Assembly: GCF_006345805.1 (NCBI RefSeq)
Contig: NC_042998.1
Location: forward strand, 171,182,001 to 171,246,000
Origin: Octopus sinensis
Lineage: Eukaryota
Direction of reading: 5' to 3'
Length of the DNA stretch: 64,000 bases
Under the pieces are notes generated by a model. That model ran no database searches. It saw nothing but the letters and a program-made list of their open reading frames with translations, and was not told where the DNA came from. Shown in pieces: positions 38,778 through 50,841 of the stretch. Each line of letters opens with the position of its first letter. The first letter of the stretch is position 1. The translations under genes were made by a program, and so were the position numbers.

Positions 38778-39167
38778 TAGCAGTATCGCCCAGCGTTGCT
38801 CGGGTTTGTAAGGGAAATAACTATATAAGCATTTTTAGAGAGTTAAAGCCAAAAAATAGCAAAAAAATGCATTAAAAATGGAAAAAAAATTATGGTAAAT
38901 TTTTTTTTAAATCGTTGACTCATCGTAGACATTTTTAGAGAGTTACTTCCCTTATATAATAGCGAAAAAAATGCATTAAAATGGAAAAAATGATGGTAAA
39001 TTTTTTTTTTAAATCGTAGACTCATCGTATATGCGCACTAATACCCAGAAGGGCTCGATATGAATCACGACTATAAGATTGGTTAAACTACACCGCAAAA
39101 TGTGGGAGTAGTTAGGAATCTAAATCGTAGGAGACAGACACACAACCTCTCTTTTATATATAAAGAT
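38776..39167 (+). mobile_element. Non-autonomous Helentron/DINE-like element
   Basis: 5' ACTAG + CCCAGCGTTGCTCGGG hairpin, internal ~115-bp tandem repeat, 3' ACAGACACAC...TTTTATATATAAAGAT. Confidence 0.6.
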
Positions 39168-39233
39168 ATATTCATTCCTTCCTAATTATTTAGAAGTATT
39201 TATTTGTTTGTTTATTTATTTATTTATCATTAG

Positions 39234-39347
39234 TCAAAGATGAACATCTGTCAGGCCTGTATTGAAAGCTACAAGAAACTCAACTCTGACTTCAGGACTA
39301 TAGAAGATTATTCTTCTCCAAGTATCTGCATGGACGTTATGGATATG
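39234..39347 (+). CDS. OSTM1: OSTM1 exon 4
   Basis: Acceptor CATTAG, donor GTGAGT; SKMNICQACIESYKKLNSDFRTIEDYSSPSICMDVMDM (human VCKNCREAYKTL...LCIDVEDA); 114 nt, phase 0. Confidence 0.92.
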
Positions 39348-39556
39348 GTGAGTACTTTTTTGCAGAGGAGGAGGCATATAGATTCTGTCACTAAGTGCTG
39401 AGATGCAATTCATTTTTTTTCCTTTTCGGTATCTACAGGCATATTATCCCATTTATTCCTTTTAATAACAATCCTACCTAAGATTGCCTGTACTAAAGTA
39501 TTCATATTTAAAATAAATAAATCCCTATCAATCCTTATTTAAAATAAATCCCTATA

Positions 39557-39989
39557 GCGCAGGAGTGGCTGTGTGGTAAGTAGCTTGCTTACGAACCACA
39601 TGATTCTGGGTTCAATCCAACTGCGTGGCACCTTGGGCAAGTGTCTTCTACTATAGCCTTGGACAGACCAAAGCCTTGTGAGTCGATTTGGTAGACAGAA
39701 ACTGAAAGAAACCCATCATATATGTATATATATTATGTGTGTGTGTGTGTGTGTGTGTTGTGTGTGTGTGTGTGTGTTTGTGTGTCTGTGTTTGTCCCCC
39801 CAGCATTGCTTGACAACCAACGCTGATGTGTGTATGTCCCTGTAACTTAGTGGTTCGGCAAAAGAGACCGCTAGAATAAGTACTAGGCTTACAAAGAATA
39901 AGTCCTGTGGTCGATTTGCTCAACTAAAGGCGGTGCTCCAGCATGGCCACAGTCACATGACTGAAAGAAGTAAAAGAGTAAAGAGAGTA
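39557..39989 (+). mobile_element. SINE family A, full length
   Basis: tRNA-like head (GGCTGTGTGG...GGTTCAATCC), internal microsatellite, (AAGAGTA) tail. Confidence 0.85.
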
Positions 39990-40140
39990 TCAAAATCTTA
40001 TATGTATTTTTCTGATGACATATATCTCAGGGCTACCTTACTTAATGTATCCCTTTTTAAAGTTTGGAATGAGAGAAATTTGTTTGAATTTGGCCATCAG
40101 GTTAACAAATCACATTGAGATTCTCTCATTCTATGTGCTA

Positions 40141-40269
40141 TACTCTCTTTTACTCTCTTTTACTTGTTTCAGTCATTTGACTGTGGCCATGCTGGAGCAC
40201 CGCCTTTAGTCGAGCAAATCGACCCCGGGACTTATTCTTTGTAAGCCCAGTACTTGTTCTATCGGTCTC

Positions 40270-40315
<46 letters not shown>

Positions 40316-40476
40316 TACGACAGGCTTCTTTCAGTTTCCGTCTACCAAATCCACTCACAAGGCATTGGTCGGCCCGGGGCTATAGCAGAAGACACTTGCC
40401 CAAGATGCCACGCAGTGGGACTGAACCCAGAACCATGTAGTTGGTTAGCAAGCTACTTACCACACAGCCACTCCCG
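40141..40476 (-). mobile_element. SINE family A, internally deleted, inverted relative to 39557-39989
   Basis: Reverse-complement match. Confidence 0.85.
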
Positions 40477-40582
40477 AGGAATGTTTATATTCTTTAATTT
40501 AGACTACTTTAAAAGCCATGTTAATATTCTCATAATTTCCAGACATGTTTTCTTTTCCTATTTTCAATGATCTGACTTTTAG

Positions 40583-40742
40583 ATGAACTACACCAGGCTG
40601 CTGTGGAGCCAAGATTGTCCTACCAAAAACAGACAAGACAATACAGTGTTAACTGTTAGTGTTTCAGTTAGCCTCATAATCATCACCGTTATCTACTATG
40701 TATGCATGTATCTTATTGGCAAAGGAAAACTTTTCAATTTCT
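40583..40742 (+). CDS. OSTM1: OSTM1 exon 5 (transmembrane helix)
   Basis: Acceptor TTTTAG, donor GTGAGT; MNYTRLLWS (human MNITRKLWS), then hydrophobic VLTVSVSVSLIIITVIYYVCMYLI; 160 nt, phase 0 to 1. Confidence 0.92.
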
Positions 40743-41676
40743 GTGAGTATCTTCAGTTCTCCTTCTGATTAAAAGTTGTTGTTTTTGTTGTTAGTGAGGT
40801 CAACTCTGTTTGACTGAGCCTATGGTGTTAGGGATAGTTAATTGAGCAAACCGTTTAATTGTTATTAAACTTTGTCATCTTGACTTTATTGTAAACCAAT
40901 CTAGTCAACTTACCCACACATTCACCTGATTCAATCCTTGGCTCCATTTCACTTATTTACAGCTCCCTGTAATTTGAGTATGTCTCATCACATCTTTACG
41001 TTCTTCCATCACTCTCTCCTCTCCCCTCTCTCCTCTATCCCCTCTCTCCTCTCCCCTCACTCTCTCCCCTCTCGCCTCCCCCTCCCCTCTCGCCCCTCCC
41101 CTCTCCTCCCACTCTCTCCACTCTCCTCTCCTCCCTATCGCCTCCCCCTCCCCTATTCCCCCTCTCCTCCCATCCCCTCTTTCCTCTCTCATCTCCTTTC
41201 TCCTCTCCCCCCTCTCTCCTCATCCTCTCCCCTCTCCCCCTCTGCTCTCTCTTGCCCCCCTCCCAACTAAGATGGCCATGTAACTTCTCTACTGCACAAT
41301 GCTTAATTTTGTCCCCTCTATTCATTCTCTAACCTCTTTCCACATGGCATAAGGCCACCTCCTTCATTACCATTCTCTCCTCAGCTGAGGGGGTCTTGTC
41401 TTGCAAGTTACTTGGTGACCTCACTGCTGCTAGTGTCACATAAAAATCACACAGTACACTCTGTAAAATTGTTGGCATCAGGAAGGATATCCAGCCAAAG
41501 AAACCATACCAGTGCAGAGAGTAGAGCTTGACACAGTCTTCTAACTCCCGTCAGACATTCCAACCCATGCCAGCATGGAAGGAAGACATTAAATGACGAT
41601 AATGTCCTATAGGACTTCAAAGATGTCTCTATTTTATAAGCAGTAAGTGGGTGGAGTTTATTGAAGGGGATTTATT

Positions 41677-41980
41677 GGCGGTGCATGGCCGAGTGGTTAG
41701 AGCAGCGGACTCGCGGTCGAGGGAATGTAGGTTCAAATCTCAGACCGGGCAATGTGTGTGTTTATGAGCAAAACACCTAAGCTCCACGCGGTTCCAGCAG
41801 AAGGTAATGGCAAACTTCTGCTGACTCTTTCACCACAACTTTCTCTCACTCTTTCTTCCTGCATCTTGCAGCTCACCTGTGACGGACCGGCATCCCGTCC
41901 AGGTGGGGAACCTATACGCCAAGGAAACCGGGAAACCGGCCGTTATGAGCCAGGCATGGCTTGAGAAAGAACAAACAAAA
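41677..41980 (+). mobile_element. tRNA-derived SINE (family D)
   Basis: GGCCGAGTGGTTAGAGCAGCGGACTCGCGGTC head; matches 63740-63995. Confidence 0.75.
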
Positions 41981-42261
41981 AGGGGATTTATTATCTACAA
42001 AAATGTTAGGCAAAGACACTGAAACTTTTTATTCAAAGAAATGAAGGCTAGTGGCTACAACTGTGAGTGCTGTGCTTTTCTAAATCAAAGTGATTGATTT
42101 AGAAATAGTAGCAATATTTCAGTGTTTTTTTTTTGCCCAACTGTATTTCTGTACAAAATATCTTTGTACTTATAAAGAAATAAATTATTCTATCATGAAA
42201 TCACTGCTTAAAAGGTGATGGGCATGGTTATAACATTATTATAGTTGTGGAAAGGCGGCAA

Positions 42262-42480
42262 GCTGGCAGAGTTGTTAGCATGCTGGACAAAGTGCTTAGT
42301 GGTATTTTACCTTTTGCTCTGTTCTGAGTTTAAATTCCACTAAAGTCAATTTTGCCTTTCATCCTTTTGGGAGCAGTAAAATAAATACCGGTGAAACACC
42401 GAGGTCAATGTAACCGACTAGTCCCCTCCCCCAAAATTTCAGGCCTTGTGCCTACAGTAGAAAGGATTATTATAGTTGTG
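42262..42480 (+). mobile_element. SINE family B
   Basis: Head and core as at 6342. Confidence 0.7.
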
Positions 42481-42944
42481 GAGTTATGATAGAAGTTGGT
42501 TGCTTACATTTCTCTGAAGGCTGTAATACATAGTTATAGATGTACAGAGGTTGTGAGATTAAGATCCTGTACTACTTACTGTCTACAAGGCAATTGGTTC
42601 AAGTTTTGTTACTTCCAATGTGTCGTGCCTCTTCTATAATATTACTCTCCATATATAAATCATTATATGTTGCGTAATTTATGTTTTATACAAATATTTT
42701 GTAGAACTGCTAGGAGTAAATTTCTTGTATAAAAAATGAAATGGCTCAGTGACAGAAGTGCTTCACAGCATTTAGATTTTTTTCTGTTTCTTTTTTTCTT
42801 TTATCTTTCTGTGTTCAAATCCTGTCAGGATCAATAGAATAAGTTACAAGTATAGTCAATTCATTTAACATCTTCACATCTTCTACTACAAACATAATAT
42901 ATATACATACATATATACATATATATACATATATATACATATAT

Positions 42945-43039
42945 ATCTGTAAATTAATATGTTACCAATATTCAATAGCCAAGATCAAACTCAGTTTTAT
43001 CTTGGCTATCGAATATTGGTAACATATTAATTTACAGAT
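42945..43039. other. 41-bp-arm hairpin in OSTM1 intron 5
   Basis: Arms 42945-42985 and 42999-43039, one mismatch. Confidence 0.9.
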
Positions 43040-43113
43040 AAATTTCCTCTATTTACATAGTATTGAGGTCTCTTTCTTTCTTTTGTTATCTTACCGTTTT
43101 TACCAATACATAC

Positions 43114-43193
<80 letters not shown>

Positions 43194-43325
43194 TCTTGCT
43201 TAGAACTACGAATAATTATCTGTTTGTATCTTTCTTTCTTATCTGCCTATCGAGCTATCTTGCCTGTCTGTCTGTTCATCTCTCTCTCTCTCTCTCTCTT
43301 TATTTATTTCTTTAAATATTTTCAG

Positions 43326-43423
43326 GCCACTACAACTCCCTGTCGAACAATTCAAACAGTCTGTACAGATCCATTAGTGATATTCCAGGTATAAATACTC
43401 CATCAGCCTCATCACAAAGATAA
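43326..43423 (+). CDS. OSTM1: OSTM1 exon 6 (cytosolic tail, stop TAA)
   Basis: Acceptor TTTCAG; the phase-1 frame is open: (C)HYNSLSNNSNSLYRSISDIPGINTPSASSQR*. Total CDS 987 nt. Little similarity to the human tail. Confidence 0.7.
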
Positions 43424-44084
43424 TAATGTTAAAAAAAAATGAATAAAACAAATTATTTCCACCCAAGTGTTTCTGCTTTTAAAGCTTTCTCCTTTTTATG
43501 TTTCCCTGTTCATTTTCTGATTAGGAATTAAATTATGTATGATTTTCTGCTCTAGTAATCCTATCTTCTGTGTTTCTGTATATATTATACTTTGGTCTGT
43601 ATGTACACAAAAACCGTATTCAGTTGTTCTACTACAACTACTGCAGGCTTTTCACATAAGGTTTTAATGGTCTTCTTATCCATTATTTCATACACCTGTA
43701 AGATGTGTGTGTATATAGAAAAATAGACACTTAAAGGATTGTGTGATTAAATCATAGAGTACATAGATGGAAGCACACAAGATGAGATTTGTAGTTCAGA
43801 ACCTCTTTCCCACTAAATCCCTCTGTATTATTCATTCCTTTGTAATAATCTACTATATAATAATCATTATCCGTTATTTGAACATTCTTAATGCTTGTTG
43901 ATAAAAAGAATATATCACCATTAGAGTTGCATATACTCTCTATTGATCTATAATAATAATAATAATAATAATGATAAATGAAATCTTTTGTCAGCCAAGC
44001 AGACTAATAATGGGAAAAATAGCATAAGAAAATAACTAGCAAGATTGGAATGTATGAACTTTAAAGCCAGCATTTCAACATCTT

Positions 44085-44118
<34 letters not shown>

Positions 44119-44369
44119 TACTATATCTATCTGGATTAATAATGCAATCTCTTGTGAATGAATGTAGTTAGACACTGATCAACTCTACCAGGTTACAAAC
44201 CTCATTTGATCATATGGACCCAAGTGTTTAGTTTAGTTTGGTATCTAATTTATTGTTCTTTATTTGTTAGACTGTTAAGTTACAGTGAAATAAAGAGATA
44301 TATTTCAACACTAGTTTAACCAGTAAAAACACACACACTTTCACATACATATATGCATACATATGTACA

Positions 44370-44985
44370 TACATATTTCATCACCATGAAGTGCTCCAAG
44401 ATCTTTTGGTAGACAACTCTGTTGAGTGTATTCTGAGGAAACCTAGTGAAACAAAATCTGCAGGTGACATGGCACCTCAAACTATCACTGATTGTAGGAA
44501 CTTGATACAAGATTTCAAACAGCTGGAATAATATACTTCTGCAGCACTTCTCCATACTCCGTAACCTTCATTAGAAAACAACATTTGGACCAATGCTCAA
44601 CATTCCAATTATGCTTCATCTTAGATCAAGTCAACCACTTGTGACTCTGCCTGTCATTGAAAAGAGGGTATTTGTTTATGGTTCCCCACTTTTTGAAATT
44701 GTCTATAAATGGTGGCTCTTGGTTTCACTTTTGGATTTCTCCCACATTATCAAATCAGCTCTTTTTAAGGTCTTCTTAGGCTGTAAACATTCCACTTGAT
44801 GGTGCATCTCTTTCTGTCACATGTTGCTCATCCAGACAAAATTCCAGTGATATTCTCCAACACAGAATACCAGGAACAGCCAGCTGTTTCTACAGTAACT
44901 TCCTATATATTCTTCTCTTTGTGGATTGCTTCACTAATTGTCTTTTGGACAACTGTTAGATCAGACATTTTGTCTATTATTGCAG
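44370..44985 (-). mobile_element. Tc1-family transposase remnant
   Basis: DLTVVQKTI...AGCS...CDRKRCT...NWNVEHWSK...VYQKILEHFM, with many stops and frameshifts. Confidence 0.7.
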
Positions 44986-45289
44986 TACTAATTTGTTTTT
45001 CTGAAAAAATTTAGGGATATTAAAAAAATGATATAAAAGGAGTGATTGTAGTAGTATTGCTTAGCTGTGCTCAGAGAATATTGTAATATTTTGAGAAAAG
45101 CAGAATTCACATATTTGGTGAACAATCTCACTAATTTTTAGAATGATTACTATAGACTAATTAAGAATAAGAGTACAGATAGAGAGAAATGAAGCACAAC
45201 TGCCATATCTATTCTGCAGAAAAATAACTTTTGAACAATCCTTTTTTACCTTTAATATTCTAATTTCCTGAGACATGGGTTGCCAATGT

Positions 45290-46800
45290 TCAATGAACTG
45301 AAGTATTTTGGATTGCAAGACAGTATGTGAGAGAAAACTGTGATGTCATAGGAGAGAAATGTGTCTGCATGGATGCTGGTGCCCTTGTGTTTAATGATTC
45401 TGTTAAGAAAGAGGCTTGGAGATGCCATTATGAAAGACTGCTGAATGTGGAGAATAAATGGGAAGTGGAGAGTCTGCCAAAGGTTGACCCAATTGAGGGA
45501 CCAGCTACTCGAATTGACAGTACCTTGGTAGGTAGAGCTATTAAGGGAAAGCACCTGACCCATCAGGAATCACTGCTGAGATGCTTAAAATATCAGGTGG
45601 TGTGGATTATGGTCTTGTTGCCTGCATAGTAAATCAGGTAGTTCAAGAAGGAGTCATACTCAATGACTGGTGTAGCAGCACCATAGTCTTAGTAAGGAAG
45701 AAGGCTATCAAATCACAAACCCCTTCAGGTAGATGGCCCTGCTCAATCTGTAGAATAGGCGTGGGTAGAAACTCCATGCGAAGTACCCGGTGTAGGCTAT
45801 GGACGCATAAAAGGTACAGCAATATCAAAGGAAGATTAACTGGGAAGATGGTTTTTGTGTGTGACATGCACAGGAGCAATAAACACTGAAGATGTACAGA
45901 AAACAGATTTCATCACATGCCAGGGGGAGAAACTAGAAGTAGTTAATAGCTTCTGTTACCTAGGTGACCAAGTCTGTAGTGGTGGTGGTTGCTCTGAGAG
46001 TGTAGAGTAAGAGTAGCCTAGGCAAAGTTCAGAGAGCTCCTACCTCTGCTGGCAACTAATTGCGTCTTGCTCAGGATGAAAGGTAGACTGTATGATGCAT
46101 GTATGTGAACCCCCATGCTACATGGCAGTGAAACAGGGGCCATGACTGCTGAGGACATGATAGGCTTGAAAGAAATGATCCACTGGATGTAAAATTTCAG
46201 TGTGCATACACAACAGAGTGTAAGTGCCTTGAGAGAAAAGTTGGGCATAAGAAGCATCAAATGTGGTGTGCAAGAGAGACGACTGTGCTGGTATGGTCAT
46301 GTGTTGTGTATGGATGAGGACAGTTGTGTGAGGAAGTGCCACTCCCTAACTGGAAGGAACCTGTGGAAGAGGTAGACCCAGGAAGACAGAGGATGAGGTA
46401 GTGAAACATGACCTTTGAGCATTGGGCTTCACAGAGGCACTGACAGGAAACTGAAACCTTTGGAGATTTCTGTGATTGAGAAGACCTGGCAACTAAAGTG
46501 AGATTGCAACCATGCATGTCCAGCCCAGTTAAGAGTACCCCTGATGCATTGGGCAATATGATATACTTGAGAAGACCTGTTGAGTCAAGTAAAACCAATA
46601 TCATAGCTGTGGCCAGTGCCCCCTGACTGGCTCCTGTGCTGGTGGCACATAAAAAGCACCATCCAAATGTGGTCAATGCCAATACCGCCTGACTGGCCCC
46701 TGTGCCATTGGCATGTAAAAAGCACTATCCAAACGCAATCGATGCCAGGTCTGCCTGACTGGCTCCTGTGCCGGTAAAAAGCACCCACTACATTCTTGGA
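45290..46800 (+). mobile_element. RTE LINE, internally deleted, with 3' UTR
   Basis: ENCDVIGEKCV...PNDW-like, WPCSICRIGVGRNS finger, YLGD and MLHGSET motifs, then tandem 3' UTR. Confidence 0.85.
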
Positions 46801-47029
46801 GTGGTTGGGAGCAGATACAGACACCTTCTTTGCTCCGCTATATTTGATAGGAAGTTGACAGAAAGGGCATGTGACTGTAGAAACAAAGCTAAAAATGAAG
46901 TGTGTAAGTGAGATGTGTTCTTCTGACTCATCTAGGAGGACAGTAACTCTGAATAAGAACTAACTTAGAACCATGACAACCTGTCTGAGCCATGCTTGGA
47001 TGGAAAATGAACATGAAATTATGATGATG

Positions 47030-47350
47030 AGGATCATCATCATTTAACGTCCACTTTCCATGCTAGCATGGGTTGGACGATTTGACTGAGGTTTGGCAAA
47101 CCAGATGGCTGCACCAGGCTCCAATCTGATCTGGCAGAGTTTCTACAGCTGGATGCCCTTCTCAACACCAACCACTCCGAGAGTGTAGTGGGTGCTTTTA
47201 TGTGCCACCAGCACGAGAGATAGTCAAACGGTACTGGCAACGGCCACGCTCAAATGGTGCTTTTTATGTACCACCTGCAAAGGAGCCAGTCCAGCGGCAC
47301 TAGTAAAAACCTTGCTTGAATGTTTTTTCACGTGCCACCAGCACAAGTGC
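47030..47350 (-). mobile_element. RTE LINE 3' UTR copy
   Basis: (CAT)n start, GGATGCCCTTC motif. Confidence 0.75.
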
Positions 47351-48825
47351 CAGTAAGGTATAGAAATCAATTTAGAAAGGAACAACTGAAAAAACAATAG
47401 AAAAGAAACAGTTTAGAAAGTTTTATCAGATAATGTGACATTGTTTGGGAATTTGGAAAGCAATTTTAATAGAGAAAGCAGAGAAAAGAAACAAAGAATG
47501 AGAGAAAAAAAGACATGATTTATATAATGGTTAGATATAAATTTTTTTACAAAGATAATTATAATAATATCTAATAAAAAAAAAAAGATTTTTCATATAA
47601 AAAATATGAAATCTTGCAGGCTCAAGTAACTACATTTCCTATTGTTTTCAAAAAGGTGAATACATTGTTTAATAACAATCAAATTTTGTATTTATCCAAA
47701 AATATTTTTTACCAAACCCATAAAAGAGAATTTAAAAAGAATTTTTATGGGATCAGTTTGTACAACCTACATAAATAAATAGATTAAATCCATTAATTTT
47801 GTCTTTTGTATTGTAAATGATGTCTTTATACACACATATATACACATAAAACTGTGCATCTGTGATGCCGTGTCTTGAACATAAGAGTGAAATATGTATC
47901 TAATGATTAATTTTTTAACATTAGGGCCACATACATCTTTTAACTCATTTCCAATACCTCGCATTTGTCTTGAGGAAGGTCCTTGCATGAAATGTCAGAA
48001 CGAGTCTTTCCTTATGAAACCAGATTTATTTCTGTTTTTACCAATACAAACCATGACTATTTTCATAGGACTTGGGTCATTTATCTTCCTTGGTTAAACA
48101 CAACCATATTATCATTGGATGCCATTATTAGAATACATTCTGTTGTGGTTTCTAGTCCAGGTCTTTGATCTAAGGACCATATTATTCTTTCCTTCTACCA
48201 GTCTTGGAAGCTCTGAAAAAGATTATAGACACAGATATTTTCCTTTGACTATGTAATAAAAATAGAAACAGATGTTGGACTTGTTGGACCTTAGAATTAT
48301 GTTTACTATTTGTAATATGACCCAAGTTCTTTATTTTCAAATTTCACCAGCACTCACATTTTGTTTCAAAAACAATAGCATTGAATTCCAATAGATAAAT
48401 AACTCTAATTTCTGTCTGTAAACTGTTTTAAGTTTTTGCACTGTGTTTATTCTTTCCTAATAATTATTGCCTAACACTTCATTTAGATGACCTTGTTTTT
48501 GTTCCCCAAATTATGCTTTCTCTTGCTGTTTCCCCTTCTGTTTTTCTTTATCACTTTATTGTATCAAAGAACCTCTATGCAGCTGCGTCACTTGCCTTCC
48601 TAAAATCTAGCATACCCATGTTGTTAAAAATGCTGACAGTTTGTAATCAGGTTACAAAATGGCATTATCAAAACAACGAAAGAAACCATTGCTAAATGTC
48701 AGCAATTGAGTAAATATATGTATATAAACAGAATTGATGCACTTGTAGAATCATTAGTGGTTGTAACATCTTGGTTGAAAATATCCATATAATGTGTATT
48801 TGTTTGTGTGCATGTTTGTGTATGT

Positions 48826-49330
48826 ATATCATCATCATCGTTTAACGTCTGTTTTCCATGCTAGCATGGATTGGATGGTTTGACTGGGGACTGGCAAGCC
48901 AGGAGGCCGCACTAGGCTCCAATCTGATCTGGCAATGTTTCTACAGCTTGATGCCCTTCCTAACACCAACCACTCCAAGAGTGTAGTGGGTGCTTTTTAT
49001 GTGCCACCTGCACGGGAGTCATTCAGGCAGAACTGGCATTGGCCACGTTTGGATGGTGATTTTTATGTGCTACCAGTACAGGAGCCAGTTGGAGCAGGGA
49101 GGCTGGCATCGACCACGTTTGGAAGGTGCTCTTTATGTGCTACCGGCACTGGGACCCAATCAGGCGGCACTGGAAACGACCCATGCATATGTGCTTAATG
49201 ACCCATGCAATACGTGCTTATTGCGTGCCACCAGCACGTGAGCCAGTCGGGTGGCACTGGCATCGGCCACAACTACAATTTCCAATTGATTTTGATTTTA
49301 TTTGACTCAATAGGTCTCCTCAAGCATGGA
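48826..49330 (-). mobile_element. RTE LINE 3' UTR copy
   Basis: Same motifs as 47030-47350. Confidence 0.75.
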
Positions 49331-49619
49331 ATGTTGCCCAATAATATATATATATGTTGATGGAGACCACTGATCAAATCTGTGGCTGGTGCAAAGTCCC
49401 ATCCAAATCTAAGGTGGCACGGTGGTGGAACAGTGTAGTAGACAGAGCCATTAGTGCAAAGAAACAGGTCTGGAAAAGTGGTGGTAGTGGGGAGGTATGT
49501 CAGGTAGTAGGAAGGGAAACTAGAAGGTAGATGTATTTAGCTAGAAGCAGATAGGAAAATGTTTTCCAATATTATGTGGCGTGAAGACTAGAGAATTGAA
49601 GTGTCTCTATATATATATG

Positions 49620-50062
49620 AATATATAACCAAAATCGAAGTTGATCAAAATCAATGGAAATTGCAGCTGTGATACCAGTGCCGGTGGCACAAAAGCGAAC
49701 CATCCGATCGTGGCCGTTGCCAGCGCCGCCCCGACTGGCCTCCGTGCCGGTGACATGTAAAAAGCACCATCCGATCGTGGCCGTTGCCAGCCTCGCCTGG
49801 CACCCGTGCCGGTGGCACGTAAAAAGCACTATCCGACCGTAGCCGTTTGCCAGCCCCGTCTGGCACCTGTGCCGGTGGCACGTAAAAAGCACCCACTACA
49901 CTGACGGAGTGGTTGGCGTTAGGAAGGACATCCAGCCGTAGAAACATTGCCAGGTCAGACTGGGCCTGGTGCAGCCTTCTGGCTTCCCAGACCCCAGTTG
50001 AACCATCCAACCCATGCTAGCATGGAAAGCGACGCTAAATGATGATGATGATGATGATGATG
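49620..50062 (+). mobile_element. RTE LINE 3' UTR copy
   Basis: Same motifs, (GAT)n tail. Confidence 0.8.
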
Positions 50063-50195
50063 ATATATGTGTGTATATATGTGTATATGTATGTATATAT
50101 ATATATGTCCTGTTATTATTATTATTGTTTTTTTGTATTATTTTTGTATTTATATTCGTGTAACATCGTCCGTTTTTCTTTCCATGTTTCGTATA

Positions 50196-50337
50196 CATTC
50201 GATCCTTTTTCCAAGGAATCTAATGCTCTTAGTTTAGTTTTTCCTTGGGGCTGGCCCGATTGGAGCAATCTTAAGATTAATCAGCCAAAATTGCGAGGAT
50301 GATCCGGTTCTTGACTGAAGATTAAAGGCATCGAATG
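50196..50337 (+). ncRNA. Permuted hammerhead-like motif (family 2; G12 to A) within a Penelope-like remnant ~50100-50400
   Basis: All six helices can be paired; CUGAAGA 50315-21; AUC^ at 50270. Confidence 0.6.
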
Positions 50338-50435
50338 ACCCGTCCGTGTTTTTTGTATCGTCTATCTGGATGATTTGTGTTCTTGTCCTATTTTGTATTT
50401 TATATATATATATATGTATTATGCATGTATGTATG

Positions 50436-50468
<33 letters not shown>

Positions 50469-50487
50469 ATATGTTTATATATATATA

Positions 50488-50526
<39 letters not shown>

Positions 50527-50691
50527 AGAGAGAGAGAGAGAAAATTCATGAAAAAAAAACAAAAGATGAAGACAGGTGGTGTAGAAAACAAACAGATGTA
50601 TTAGTATACATATATATACATCCAACCCATGCTAGCATGGAAAGCGGATGTTAAACGATGATGATGATATACATATAATATACATATATAC

Positions 50692-50748
<57 letters not shown>

Positions 50749-50810
50749 TAGATAGATATATACATAGATACATATAAACGTGTGTATCTATGTATCTTTC
50801 CTTTTCCTAT

Positions 50811-50841
50811 GTTTCTGACGAAGAGCTCCGCTCGAAACGTT
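50811..50841 (+). ncRNA. Minimal type I hammerhead copy ending at its predicted cleavage site
   Basis: 50791-50841 is identical to 51906-51956; identity stops after GAAACGTT. Confidence 0.6.

Noticed and set aside
41677-41750. tRNA gene
   Set aside because: It is a SINE head with A and B boxes but no complete cloverleaf, and it continues into SINE body.
45884-45910. CTGAAGA-TGTACA-GAAA
   Set aside because: It lies in LINE coding sequence; stem II is too short and there is no stem I or III.
47950-48212. Possible last exon of a minus-strand gene (acceptor at 48213-15, 44 open codons)
   Set aside because: No recognisable protein and no upstream exon found.
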